DNA of 64,000 nt. Source: Nageia nagi. Its lineage: Eukaryota > Plantae > Pinophyta. The position numbers and the translations under genes are program-made. Location: the NCBI GenBank assembly GCA_050084985.1, contig JBITNC010000001.1:97402001-97466000 (forward strand), given 5' to 3'. Within the stretch, counting starts at the first letter, position 1; each line of letters begins with the position of its first letter. Under the pieces are notes generated by a model. It was not told where the DNA came from, searched no databases, and saw only the letters and a list, made by a program, of their open reading frames with translations. Positions 27,801 to 39,800 of this stretch are shown piece after piece.

Positions 27801-30800
27801 CCTTCGTGGTAAGTTCGCTCTATGTGAGAAACTTGTTGTACAAATTTTTAAAGCAAAAAGATTGGTCAATCTAGCACTGTTCAGTTATCCATGTGTGAGG
27901 AACTCTTATATGTCTTTTGGCACTGTTCAGTTATCCATATGTGAGGAACTCATATGTGCATGCTCTATTTTGTAATGATAATCAACAAATGTTTTATATA
28001 CAGCACGTGACTATGAGTTTTGGTTTGGCATCTTTGTGATGACTTATAGTGCACCATTGATCAGTTCATGATGGCATTTGCGTGATTCATCTATCTTTGT
28101 TGATATGAATATGTTGCATCTAATTGATCTTGTTATTTGAGTTGTTTACCTACAGATTCTTTTGAGATTGTAGGTTACTTTGGGTATGTAGGCTCTTGGA
28201 GACTCTTCATGACTTCCAGTTGGATGACTACTTTATGTACATTGAAACCGATTGTGGTTAATGACTGTATTTGGCAAAGTAGGGAGTCTCAAACTAGATC
28301 TTGCTTACTTCACAAATATGTAAAAAGTTCTCATCTCGATTGTATCTATTTGGAGAACTCTCTTACTTTTTCTTATTCTTATCTCTTATTCGCTCTATCC
28401 CAATATTGTATTAAAGGGGAGTGTTGGAATGTATAATGCATTATTGTAAAGGTTATGTAATAATCTTCTATATAAGTTCACTAATACCTAAAGTTATCAT
28501 TTGATACCTTAAGTATTTAAGTGAATATGATAATGTAACTTGTTCTACACTCCATGTCATGAGCGGGTAAAAGGATGTGCATGCCATGCTTTTGTACATT
28601 GGGTGAAAGGGTGATCCAAAGAAGGATTTTGGCCTATAAATAGAAGGCTTTTTCTTTGAATCAAATATCAATTTGTGGAGTAAAGTTATGTTAGAAGATA
28701 GTGTTTAGAAGTTGAGATTAGGATAATTGCAAGAGTTTATATTTGAGATTAAGAGAGATCTTGTTAGTGGATGTACTTCTAGTTGAAAGAACCACTTACA
28801 TCTTGTGTTATCTTTGTGAGATTGCTTTGTGAATTTGTTAGATGTGTATTGTGAGCTCTCATGTGATCTTGGGAGTTTACAGTTGTTTTATTTATAGTTC
28901 AACTCTTTCAGTTATAGACTCTATTATAGCAAAAAAATGTGCATACTTTATTAATCTATCCACTACAACAAAGATGCAATCTATACCTTGGGCTTTAGGT
29001 AACCCCGTGATGAAATCCATGGATATGTCTTCCCATTTTTGACATGGAATAGGAAAAGGCTGCAATAAACCAACAAGATGGGTGTTCTCATGCTTGTTTC
29101 AATGGTATGTTGCACATTCCCTAACATGCCTCAATACATCTTCTTTCAATCCCTTCCAAGAAAATCTTTCTTTCACCACCCCATATGACTTGTAAAAACC
29201 CGGATGGCCTGCTAAAGGTGCATCATGTAGAGCTGCCAATAATTTCTCTTTTATTTTTGATTCTGGAACTATGAAAATTCTGTTTTATAAAATCAGCCCA
29301 TCCTTAATTTTATATCTATTATCTACAATCTGCCCATTCATGATATTCGATGTAAATTTGTCCTTAACATATTCAGTCATAAATTTTGCCTTCCAATTTG
29401 CATTTACAATAGTTACAACATGAAAGGAAGGGTTTTTGGAAAGTGCATCAATTGTTGTATTAACTTTCCCTTCACGAACTGAATCTCAAAGTCATAGGCT
29501 TGCAATTTGATTATCCACTTTTGCTGCTTGTCACTTAATTCTTTTTATCCAAGGAAATGTCTAAGACTGTTATGATCAATCTTGACTATAAATTTGCTAC
29601 AAACCAAGTATTGTCTGAATTTAGACAATGCATGCATCATTGCCAACATTTCTTGCTCATAGATGGAGAAAGTCCTTTTAGTAGGATTCAATTTTCCGCT
29701 CTCAAATGCTATGGGTCTACCTTTTTGCATTAAAACAAATCCAATACCATACCTAGAAGCGTCACAGTCAACCACAAATGGCTGAGAAAAATCTGGAATA
29801 GCCAATATTGGACATTTCATCATTACTGCCTTCAATTTCAGAAATGCATTCTCTGTTGTTATACTCCATTGGAAAGCTCTTTTCTTGGTTAAATATGTCC
29901 AAAGGGGTTGCCAATTGCAAAAAGCCTTTGATGAACCTCCTGTAGTAACTACATATGCCCAAGAAACTGTTAGAAGTTGAGCAAAATGATAGGAAAATAT
30001 GGTTTATTTACACTCTTCCCTAGTTAATAGCCGATTTGGCTGTTTCCACTTTAGGCATGTTTTTGTTTTTTTTGAGCATCATACATTGTGTGGATTGCAG
30101 TTGTAATAGCCTAGAACATGTGTGTTTGTACTGTAGTAGTTTGTTTGGATTGGTGGAATAAATCCACAACTGTATTGTCATGAGAACATTGTTTTGTCAG
30201 CTATTGTTTTGTTTGTAAACCATCACATGGAGCTCATGCTATGTAAACTCCAACAGGCTATATATTGTCATCTATGAATAAACATCTCAGTTCAGTTGTG
30301 TGCATTTTCTCATTTTGGTACTAGAGCCAATAAAATCATTGGGTTAGAGTGGGAGAAGCTTGAAAGACCTGATCAAGTGCTTTCAAAGTTGTCATCTCAA
30401 TTTTGCATTTGAGCATTCTACAATGGCATCAAATGGCAACAACTCACGGTCTATTCTTGAGTTCAATGGTGAAGACTTGAGTATTGGAGTATCAAGATGA
30501 AGACTATGAGGATTTTGGGAGGTTATTGAAGATGGCTATGTTGAGCCTACTGATTGGAGCACATTGCAAGGGGCTGATAGAACTGCAAGAAAGGAAGCCC
30601 AAAAGAAGAATAGTTGTGCCTTGTATCATCTTCAAATGGCCTTGGGCAAAAGCATTTTTCCAAAGATATCTTCATGCACATAAGCTCAAGAGGCATGGAA
30701 GGCATTGAAAGATGGATACCAAGGCAATGATCAAATCAAGCAAGTGAAGATCCAAACTCTCAAGAGAGATTTTGAGAATCTCAAGATGAAGAAGATGAAA

Positions 30801-33800
30801 GAGTTGGAGATTATTGTGTTAGAGTGCAATCATGTGTCAACAAGATGAAGACACTTGGAGAAATAATTTAAAATGAAGTTGTTGTGAAGAAAGTTTTGAG
30901 GTCCCTTTTCAAAGATGGAACCATGTAGTTATCATTATAGAAGAGAGCAAAAATCTTGTTACTCTCTCTTTTGATCAGCTTATAGCTCCTTGATGTCCCA
31001 TGAGGAGAGACTACAAGAAACATCATCTTCAAATATTGAAGGTGGTGATGAGAAGGCTTTTGCATCAAGAGAAGGTGAAGCCAATGTGAGTAGTCATTGA
31101 AGAGGCCAAGGTAGAAGAGAAGAAGAGGGGCTGCACAAGGAAGAGGCCAAGGGAGAGGCCATGGAGGCCACACAACAACAATCAAGAAATGACAAGCAAT
31201 GCTATTACTGCAATAGATTTGGACACCATGAAAGAGATTTTAGAATTAAGGCTTCTCAAGAAGAGAGAAATGCAAACTATGGAGAAGAGGATGAAAATTT
31301 GTTTTTGTGGTTTGGGAAGGATTATCAAAACATGCAAGAGACATGGCTACTTGATACGGGAGCATCCAACCATATGACCGGCAAGATGGAGCTGCTTGCA
31401 CATGTTGATGACTCCTACAAATCCAAGATAAGGATTGATGACAATAGCACATTGCAAGTTGAAGGAATGGATGCCATGGAGGTACCTACCAAAGAAGGAA
31501 CAAAGAAGGTAAGAAACATCTACTACACTTCCAAACCTCAACATAATCTCTTGAGTGTTGGGCAAATAATGGAAAACAATCATAAGCTTGTGTTTGAAGA
31601 TGGGAGATGTGTAATATATGATAAGAGCAGAGGCAATAAGCTGGTTACTACAGTTCCAATGAGCAAAAACAAGCTATTTCCTCTTAAATTTGGTGGCCAA
31701 GGGGCTGAACTTGCTAATGTGACTATTGAGGAAAAAGGATGGTTATGGATTTGAGATATGGGCATCTCAACATGCTAGCTTAAGATTGTTGACATCCAAA
31801 CAAATGGTACATGGGCTACCAAAGGTGAATGAATGTAATGGAGTATGTGAAGGGTGTGCTTTAAGCAAGCACCATAGATCAAGCTTTCCAAAAGGCCAAG
31901 CATGGAGAGTCTCTCATCCTCTACAATTGGTGCATTCGATATATGTGGTTCAATGCAAACAAAGAGTATTGGTATGAATTCCTATTTCCTCACTTTCATT
32001 GATGATTACTCAAGAATGTGTTGGATTTATTTTTTGAAAACTAAAGATCAAGCATATGAATGTTTTATGGAACTCAAAAACAAAGTGGAGAATCAAAGTG
32101 GCTATTATATAAAATGCTTAATAATTGATAGAGGGGGAGAGTTAGTTTCAAATGAATTTTCCCAATTTTGCAAAGATTGTGGGATTAAAAGGCAACTCAT
32201 AACTGCCTTTAACCCCCAACAAAATGGTGTGTGTGAACAGAAAAATAGAACAATAGTGAACATGGTTAGAAGCATGATGCATTTCAAAGATTTATATTAC
32301 ATGTATTGGGCTGATGCTTGTAGGACTGCTATCTATATTTTAAATAGAAGCCCAACTAAATCATTGGAAGATATCACTCCTTACGAATTTTGGTATGCAA
32401 AAAAAGCCATATGTTGGCCATTTTAGACTTTTTGGTTATTTAGCATATGCTCACATTCCAGATGAACAAAGAAGGAAACTTGACCCAAAAAGTCAAGCAT
32501 GTATATTTATTGGTTATTGTGAAAATTCTAAAGCATATAGACCCTACAATCCAAAAACAAAGAAAATTGTAATTTCTAGAGATGTAATTTTTTGATGAAG
32601 GGGGAAGGTATGGTCATCAAAAACTCTTTGTTAATGATGGATCAGCCAATGAAGACTCCAAGAATGATCAACCCAACAATGCACATGTTAAGCCCAGCCA
32701 ACAAGATACTCCAAAAGTTAAGCTTGAGTATGATCAAGTTCTTTCTCCAAGTGCTACTCCAAGTTCTACAAATCCTTCAAGTTCTTCAAGTAGTAAAGAT
32801 TCATTAAGTAGAGCAAAAGAGAACTTCAAGAAATTAGACAAAACACTCCAAAACCATCCAATATCTCAAATATTGGATGCAAATTTTGAAAGAAGAACAA
32901 CAAGATCTCAAGCAAAAGAAATAAATGAAGTTGTCAAAAGACTTGAAAATCTACACAGTTATGGTGATGAAAATAATGAAGAACCTAAAGGAGATATTGT
33001 AAATTATGCTTTTATGCCTAACATTGATGTTGAGCCATCTTGTTATGAAGATGTATGTACTAACCATTTGTGGTTGAGGCAATGTAGGATGAAATAAACT
33101 CCATAAATAAGAATGATACATTAGAACTTGTGGAACTCCCCAAAGATAAGAAATGTATTGGATGTAAATGGGTCTATAAGACAAAATATAATTAGTGATG
33201 GAACCATTGAGAGGCACAAAGCAAGGCTTGTTGCCAAAGGGTTCAAACAAAAGTATGGAATTGATTATGAAGAAACTTTCGCATCGGTAGCAAGGCAATA
33301 GACAATCAGGTTGGTCCTTTCTTTGGCTGCCCATAAAGGGTGGAAAGTGATGCACATGGATGTGAAGAGTGCATTTTTGAATGGCTACTTGCAAAATGAA
33401 GTCTATGTGGAACAACCATAAGGATTTGTGATTCAAGGGAAAGAGCATCTAGTCTACAAATTGAAGAAGGCATTGTATGGCCTAAAACAAGCACCAAGGG
33501 CATGGTATTCAAGGATAGATGGCTACTTTCACCAATATGGATTCCAAAGGAGCAAGAGTGATTCTACCCTCTACATTTTGAAGAAAGGTAATGATATCCT
33601 TCTTGTATGCTTGTATGTTGATGATCTCATCGATATGAGTAGTTCCTCAGAATGAAGAATTTAAAAGGCAAATGATGAATGAATTTGAAATGAAAGACCT
33701 TGGCTTGATGCATTATTTCCTAGCATTGGAAGTGTATCAAAGCTACAAAGGTATTTTCATTTGCCAATGTAAATATGCCAAAGATATGTTGTTGAAATTT

Positions 33801-36800
33801 GGCATGGAAAATTGTAAATCACGACCCACTCCGAATTGCTCATGGTGAGTTACTTTGTAAGGATGATGGGGGAGTGAAAGTTGATGTGACCACTTATAGA
33901 AGTCTTGTAGGAAGTCTTATGTTTCTCACAAACACAAGGCCTGATATTGCATATGCTACCTCACTTGTGTCAAGATACATGAGTGATCCATCAGAGAATC
34001 ACTTCAAGGAAGCCAAGAGAATTTTGAGATATGTACATGGCACCCCTGATTTTGGCATCCACTACCTCAAGCATGGAGATGTCAAACTACATGGCTATAG
34101 TGATTCCGTTTGGGGGAGCAACATTGATGAAAGGCAGAGTACATCCGGCCAATGTTTCAGTCTTGGGATAGGTATGATCACATGGAGCTCCAAGAAACAA
34201 AGCACAATAGCTCTTTCATCAACCGAGGCTGAGTATATTGCCATCACAAGTGCTAGTGCCCAAGCATTGTGGTTGAGAAAGGTTCTAGAGGAACCTGGTG
34301 AGAAGCAAAGTGGTCCAACAATCTTGTTTTGTGACAAAAAGAGTGCCATCCAATTGGCACGAAATCCACTTCACCATAGCAAGTCCAAGCACTTTGATAT
34401 GAAGTATCATTTCATTTGGGACATGGTGGAAAAGAAGGTTGTTGAGCTTAGGCATGTTGATACGTTGGATAATATTGCTGATATATTTACCAAAGGCATT
34501 GTCAAAGCTCAATTTTTGAAATTGAGGAACCTCTTGGTAAGCCCCCTCAACTTCAAGGAGAAGAATATTAGAAATTGAGCAGAACTGATAGGAAATCTGG
34601 TTTATTTATAGTCTTCCCTAGTTAACATCCAATTTGGTAGTTTCCAATTTAGGCATGTTTTTTTTTTTTTTTTGAGTATCATACATTGTGTGGATTGCAC
34701 TTGTAATAGCCTAGAACATGTGTGTTTGTATTGTAGTAGTTTGTTTGGATTAGTGGAATAAATCCACAACTGTATTGTCATGAGAACATTGTTTTGTCAG
34801 CTATTGATTTGTTTGTAAGCCATCACATGGAGCTTATGCTATGTAAACTGCAACAGGCTATATATTGTCATCTATCAATAAACATCTACGTTCAGTTTGT
34901 GCATTTTCTCATTTGAAACCTCTCAATTCTATCAAAGAAGTGGGAGTAGGTCAATTTTTAATAGCATACATTTTTTGTTCATCCACTTGTACTCCCTTAG
35001 AACTGATTATGTGTCCAAAAACTAAAATCTGTGAAAGTCTAAACTCACACTTGGACATTTTGGCAAGGTACTGTTGCTATTCTAAAATTGCTAAAATGTT
35101 GTCTAGATGTTGCAAATGAGATTCCCATGTACTGCTAAAAATCAAAATGTCATCAAAGAAAACAAGTACATACTTCCTGAGATGATCCCTAAAGATGTGA
35201 TTCATTGTGGATTGGAAAGCAGTGGGTGCATTGGTTAGGCCAAAGGGCATGACTAAAAACTCGAAATGTCCAAAATGACATCGAAAAGCAGTCTTTTGTA
35301 TGTTCTTATCCCTTAACTTTTATTTCGTGATACCTGAACCTCAAATAAATTTTGAAAAATAGGTGGATGATGGATCCATACAACTCATCAATCAACTCAT
35401 CCACCCTAGGGATGAGATACTTATTCTTGATTGTTTTCTTATTCAAGGTCCTATAATCAATGCATGTTTGCAAAGTTCCATCCTTTTTCTTCACAAGTAC
35501 AATAGAAGAAGCAAAAGGACTAGAACTAGGTCCAATGTGGTCCATTCAAGTAACTCCTTGATTGTTTTCTCAATCTCATCCTAATAGACTCTAGGATGTC
35601 TATATGGAGTAATCATCACAGGTTTGGAATTAGGTTCTAATTCAATGACATGCTCAAAACCCCTAGCAAGTGGTAGACCACTAGTTAAGTCACCAAAAAT
35701 CACGTTATATCTATCAAGAATAGATTGTATTTCAAGATGAAATTTAATGGGAGTGGGCATACCTTTCAACATGAAGAATGTGACTCCCCATTCTATGTCT
35801 CTTTTTTTGAGAATCCTCTCCATTTTGTTGGCTAAAATATGTTGGGGATAATGGTCCTTCATCCCTTTCAAATTGACCACTTTTCCATTAGCTTTGAACT
35901 TCATTACCAATGACTTGTAGTTGATGTATATACCTCCCAAAGACTGCAGCCATTGCACTCCAAAAAAGCTTGGGGAATGCCTCCCATAGGAAAACATAAA
36001 AGTCCTCAACTATTGCATGCTTTCCAAATTGAACCTTCACTTGCCTACACCCTTGTTCACTTATAGAAATCTGTCCATTGACATTTTTAACACAAAAACA
36101 GCAAAACTTTCTGATTGTAACATTTTCTCAGCTACGAACTTCTCATCAATAAAATTGTGAGTTGCCCCACCATAAATTAACTCTATAATAGCATTTTCAT
36201 CAATCTTTCCATCAACTTTCATTGTTTTGTATTTTGACTCACCGGAAATGCATTCTAAAACGTTGTCTTTCTCATCCAAAGTCTGAGTTGGTGGCTTACC
36301 CATTTCAAGTTCAGCATACTCAGCATCTTCATAGTCACTTCCTGATTCCTCTTTTTCAATTTCTTTCTCCATCTCATCATCATCAGGCACATAAAACTCA
36401 ACCAAATAATTTTTCCACTTACCTTGACATTGATGACCAGGTCCCCATAGTTTATGACAAGAAAAACATAAACATTTTTGCTGAAGCTCCTTCCTGGCTA
36501 CCTCATCTAGCTTTGGCCTCTACTGATTTTGCATTTTTGAGGGCTGGAAACCTTTATTCTGAATCTGGTTTGTTTTATTCCATAGCTGCCCGCTTGGTTG
36601 TGATGGTCTAGGTGTACCAAATTTGGATACCTTTCCAAATTTTGACTGTTGTCCAAGTTTTAGCTGCTGTCCAAACTTATTTCTGTTGTTACTAGATGAA
36701 GATTGAAGTTCTAAAGCTGTTCCAATAGCTTCATCAAGAATTTTTGGTTTGAAGGCCTTCACCCAACCCCTAAGAGGGTCAAACAATCCATTCACAAAGA

Positions 36801-39800
36801 AATAAATTATCCTATTTTCAGCCATATCAGTTACCATTACAACTAACTTCTGAAATTCTTCAATATAATTAGCAACTATAGTCTTTTATCTAATAGTGGT
36901 TAACTCCTCAAAAAATTCATTAGAATCTTGTATCTCAAATCTAGCCAACAATTTGTTTGCAAATTCTTCAAAGGAATCAATAGAACAATACCTTTTAGTA
37001 ATTAGACCATGTTGCCACCATTCATTTGCAACACCGTCAAGATGAAGGGTTGCATATCGAACCACTTCCCTTTCTATCATAGGCTTGAGAGAAAAGTAAG
37101 TTTGTACCTTTTGTAACCAAGCCTTAGTACTGATCTTATCACTACCATCAAAGTAAGGAAGAGTCAATTTATCCACCTTATTTTGCAAGTCCCCACCTTT
37201 GTCTCCACCTCCCTAAAACCTCCTCCTACCATGTCTCTTGCCCTTCAACTCAAGATAGCCTTCAAAAGAAATTGTGTCTCTTGAAATTTTTGTCTTTGGA
37301 CCTGTATGTTTCCACAAGAGCTTGCATTTCCTCATCTGGCATTTCTGGCTCAATAACTTCAGCCTCTTGTACATTGGATTGAATAAACATAGGTGTAGGT
37401 GGCCTTCAGAGTCCCTAGAGCTTTGTTGTCTAGCTCTTCCTTGGGACCCTTCTCCTTGTGCTGAACTTTCTGGCTGATCTGCATGTGGTGTGGGATTTAC
37501 AATTTTCAGTGGTTGAGGCTCTCTAGTCCCTTCTTGCCTCACACTAAGATTGTCGAGTGATCTTTCCATTCTTTTTAAAACATTCAATGTGGTATTCTGG
37601 GTTTGTTGAAATTTTTTCAATGCTTCTGATAATTCTCTTCTGTCATCAACTGAATGGTCTCTTCCTTCTTGCCCTGACATTCTGCTATGTGAGTCTCAAG
37701 GTTTATTAGAGTTTGCTGCCCTAGATTTTTGACTCCTTAGAAAATAGAGATGGGTGTTGCTGCTCATCCACTCACAGGCTGGCAGGATAGTGGCTCTGAT
37801 ACCACTTGAAATATACCAAACACATATATACCAAAAATAACAGGCAAATGGCAACACAAATCTTTGATTTTTATTTTGTTTTTTCCCACAAAACCCTGAT
37901 TTCAAAAATAACAGATTAACAACAGTAAAAAAAGACTGTTACAGCTAGAATGTATCACAAACACACCTTCAAAATGCAAAACAACCTTCACATAAGCTGA
38001 ACGTCTGACTGTAATTGGCAGATCTGAGACAAACACCCTTCAGATGTCAAAACAGGTCCCTCCAAAGGATGGTGTCTGACCAATATGACCAGATCTTCAC
38101 CCAAGATGCCCAAAAAATGTCTTCTAGTTGTCCCAAAAATAAGATGTTGGGTTCCAGTTGTGGGTTTAACCCTCAAAATCTGCAAATTCTGCTTCCTAGG
38201 CCTAGATGTCACACTCAGAAGAGGTTACTAGAGCAAAACCCTTCCCAAACTTGTCACCAATGTTGCCACCAATGGTAGATCTGAGAAATGTAGTCCACTT
38301 CTTCAACAAATCAGCCCAAATACAAACTCTAAATGGATTTGTCGGTAAAACTGGGTAGATAGCTTGTTGGTCTGGCCTCCAATGGATAAATTCAAAGTAA
38401 ACCCCAAATCTCCTAGAGAAATCTTTAGCAATCTCTAAGTGCCAAGAATACAACAGTATTTCCAATTCTTCAATCACAATTCTAAGCTATCTTCAAATGA
38501 AACCCTAATCCTCCTTTATAATCACAACTTAATGAGAGAATAGATCTCAACCCTTGATTTTGGCATTGATGGCTAAGATTAGATCTCACTCACTTAAGAT
38601 CTAAAGGTTGTGATATAATCTTTTGTTGAAATATTAGATCGCACTTACTTAAAATGTAAGGGCTGTAATACAATCTTTCGTTGAGATATTAAATCTCACT
38701 TACTTAAGACCTAAAGGCTGTGATATAATCTTTTGTTAAGATAACTCAAGTCACCTTGGCTATGTTAGAGGGATTCCAAACTTAGCTAACTCTTCCTCCA
38801 AATGTTTCCAAACACCTCCCAACTCCAATGTTGCCCATCAAAGCAGCTGAGAAAGCCTCTTGGAGGCTGACATCATATTTTGGGGCCCATATCCACGTTC
38901 CCTAAGCCAACTTTCAGGCTGGGAATGCTCCCCTAGGCCCAACGTGGTATCGAAAACTCTCCAATGTTGGCCATGTAAGTCATTTGTCATGTTTACACAC
39001 CAACCTCCCTTCCAGAAAAACCAATTTCACTATTAAACGTCATCAAATCAACAAAAACTCAAACAAAACACACAACACAAGCAATATTTACAAATCTGGC
39101 AAATTTTGGAACATTACAGGAGTATTTACAAATATTGTTTATTGAAATCAGAATATCCAACAAATTTGGGTAGAGCAATAGTATGAAAAGACTATCTTCT
39201 TAGTAGACCTATCTGCTGCTATGCTACTGACCATAATATGAGCAAATATAGACCTAGGTAAAAGGGATGGCAGTCAGACCTTAGACCATTGCCTATACTA
39301 ATAACCAGATTTCCATTTCAAAGTTGAAGATGTGAGTAAAATAAACTTAGAAGTCGATCTCAGTGACATACCAAAGAATAATCTAGCTACCAAGAAACAT
39401 GAGATGTTTGGGCATCCAAAACTGAATTGCAAAGTACAGCAATATATTAGGTTCAGTAGAAGAAATATTTCAAACCTTGAATATTTAATAGCCCTTGATA
39501 CTTCAAAATTACATGTAAATGTTCACATGCATAGTGCTCCAATCATAAATTATCAGAGGAGTATGACCAGCATGCCATCCTCAATGATGTTGCCAAATCT
39601 ATGCACGGGATTGTGGGTGAATCAGCTGAATTATACAATTCACTGCACACAAAGTGGAGGTTTGAAAGTGATATCTAACAGCCAAGGGAGCCCCTTACCC
39701 TCTTTACCTTAATGCCAGCCAAGGATAATCAAGATAACTGCGTGGCAAACTGCCCATAGACAAAATGTTTCTCATCCATACAACTATTTTTTCAGATTTC

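Larger units (their letters stand above)
20353..28910 (+). mobile_element. Element B: Ty1/Copia retrotransposon nested in the integrase of A, decayed
   Basis: LTRs at 20353-20845 and 28422-28910 with perfect TSD GTTAT. PBS TGGTATCAGAGC at 20847-20858; PPT AAAGGGGAG at 28413-28421. gag-PR ([10 protein letters not shown])-INT-RT (YVDD)-RH (SDSDY) at ~23775-27700. Removing B restores [20 protein letters not shown] in A. Confidence 0.96.
29968..34914 (+). mobile_element. Element C: compact Ty1/Copia retrotransposon (4.9 kb) nested in the RT/RNase H linker of A, decayed
   Basis: LTRs at 29968-30315 and 34566-34914 with perfect TSD GAAAC. PBS variant TGGTACTAGAGCC at 30316-30328; PPT at 34555-34565. 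Motifs [50 protein letters not shown]. Removing C restores [12 protein letters not shown] in A. Confidence 0.96.
18201..39118 (-). mobile_element. Element A: Ty3/Gypsy chromovirus (Reina/Tekay-like), ~7.4 kb without nested inserts, decayed
   Basis: LTRs at 18201-19395 and 37807-39118 (TG...CA). PBS TGGTATCAGAGCC at 37792-37804; PPT at 19396-19408. Order is gag (KLTLPYFDG) - PR (GATHNFI) - RT ([15 protein letters not shown]) - RH ([14 protein letters not shown]) - INT (RLQPYRQ, RFYGP) - chromodomain ([15 protein letters not shown]). Flanks GTTGT/GGAGT are an imperfect TSD. Confidence 0.95.
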
